NCBI GenBank assembly: GCA_964417945.1
Contig: CAYQKH010000004.1
Span: 1 to 56,701, forward strand
DNA: 56,701 nt
DNA from: an uncultured Opitutales bacterium
GTDB lineage: Bacteria; Verrucomicrobiota; Verrucomicrobiia; Opitutales; JABSRG01
Direction: 5' to 3'
How positions within the stretch are numbered: the stretch's first letter is position 1; each line of letters starts with the position of its first letter. Shown in pieces: positions 56,544 through 56,701 of this stretch. The position numbers and the translations under genes were made by a program. The notes beneath the pieces are model-generated. The model was not told the DNA's origin and searched no databases. It saw only the letters and a list, made by a program, of their open reading frames with translations.

Positions 56544-56701
56544 CAACCCTTCAGTTCCTCAAAGAGTTCCTCGACCGAGTTAAAACGGGGCAGACCCTCA
56601 GTAGGTTCATGGATCGCTTCAAGGGTCTCGTCATTGGGCAGATGCCGTACAAACGAGATAACCTTCTCCTTCTCGTCCTCGGGAAGGCGGTTGATCTGCT
56701 C
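56543..56701 (-). CDS. antitoxin partner of YafQ, 5' partial (runs off the window end)
   Basis: The minus-strand frame is open to the window edge and reads ...EQINRLPEDEKEKVISFVRHLPNDETLEAIHEPTEGLPRFNSVEELFEELKG*. Position and start/stop coupling indicate an antitoxin. The family is not confidently assigned. Confidence 0.65.
   Translation of the reverse strand, partial: EQINRLPEDEKEKVISFVRHLPNDETLEAIHEPTEGLPRFNSVEELFEELKG

Overview
This 56.7 kb window is mostly a densely packed, roughly 57-60% GC bacterial core-genome segment. Gene content and style suggest a Verrucomicrobiota/PVC-type organism: many Shine-Dalgarno-less starts, an SHD1/thioredoxin-like secreted protein, and LptD. That assignment is inference only. 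I support about 50 protein genes and 2 tRNAs. Housekeeping calls include katG (5' partial), aroE, asd, the dapA-dapB-ruvA operon, pilT, fabD, lepA, lepB, malQ, ribD, rdgB, leuB, alaS, glgB, lptD, scpA, trxA and GTP-type pckG. The tRNAs are tRNA-Ala(GGC) and tRNA-Lys(UUU). The last 2.6 kb (about 54.1-56.7 kb) is clearly accessory. It holds four type II toxin-antitoxin loci: two VapBC pairs, one toxin-less Phd/YefM antitoxin, and an antitoxin-YafQ pair that runs off the window. These are embedded in a dispersed non-coding repeat family that also occurs at 19.0-19.2 kb. The most interesting items are as follows. (1) A 1163-aa protein has catalytic motifs collinear with those of GTP-PEPCK, making it a probable PPi-dependent PEPCK. 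It lies divergent to a GbsR/MarR regulator and next to the canonical GTP-PEPCK. (2) The repeat family and the TA island with its orphan antitoxin. (3) Asd carries a lysine-rich, histone-H1-like C-terminal tail. (4) A translationally coupled FAD-oxidoreductase/MnmM-like methyltransferase pair looks like a split MnmC. I found no CRISPR array, prophage, integrase, transposase or obvious multi-gene defence system. I do not see a clear wholly novel system, and the items above are candidates that need database or structure searches I cannot run. The many long ORFs antisense to real genes are treated as GC-driven shadow ORFs.
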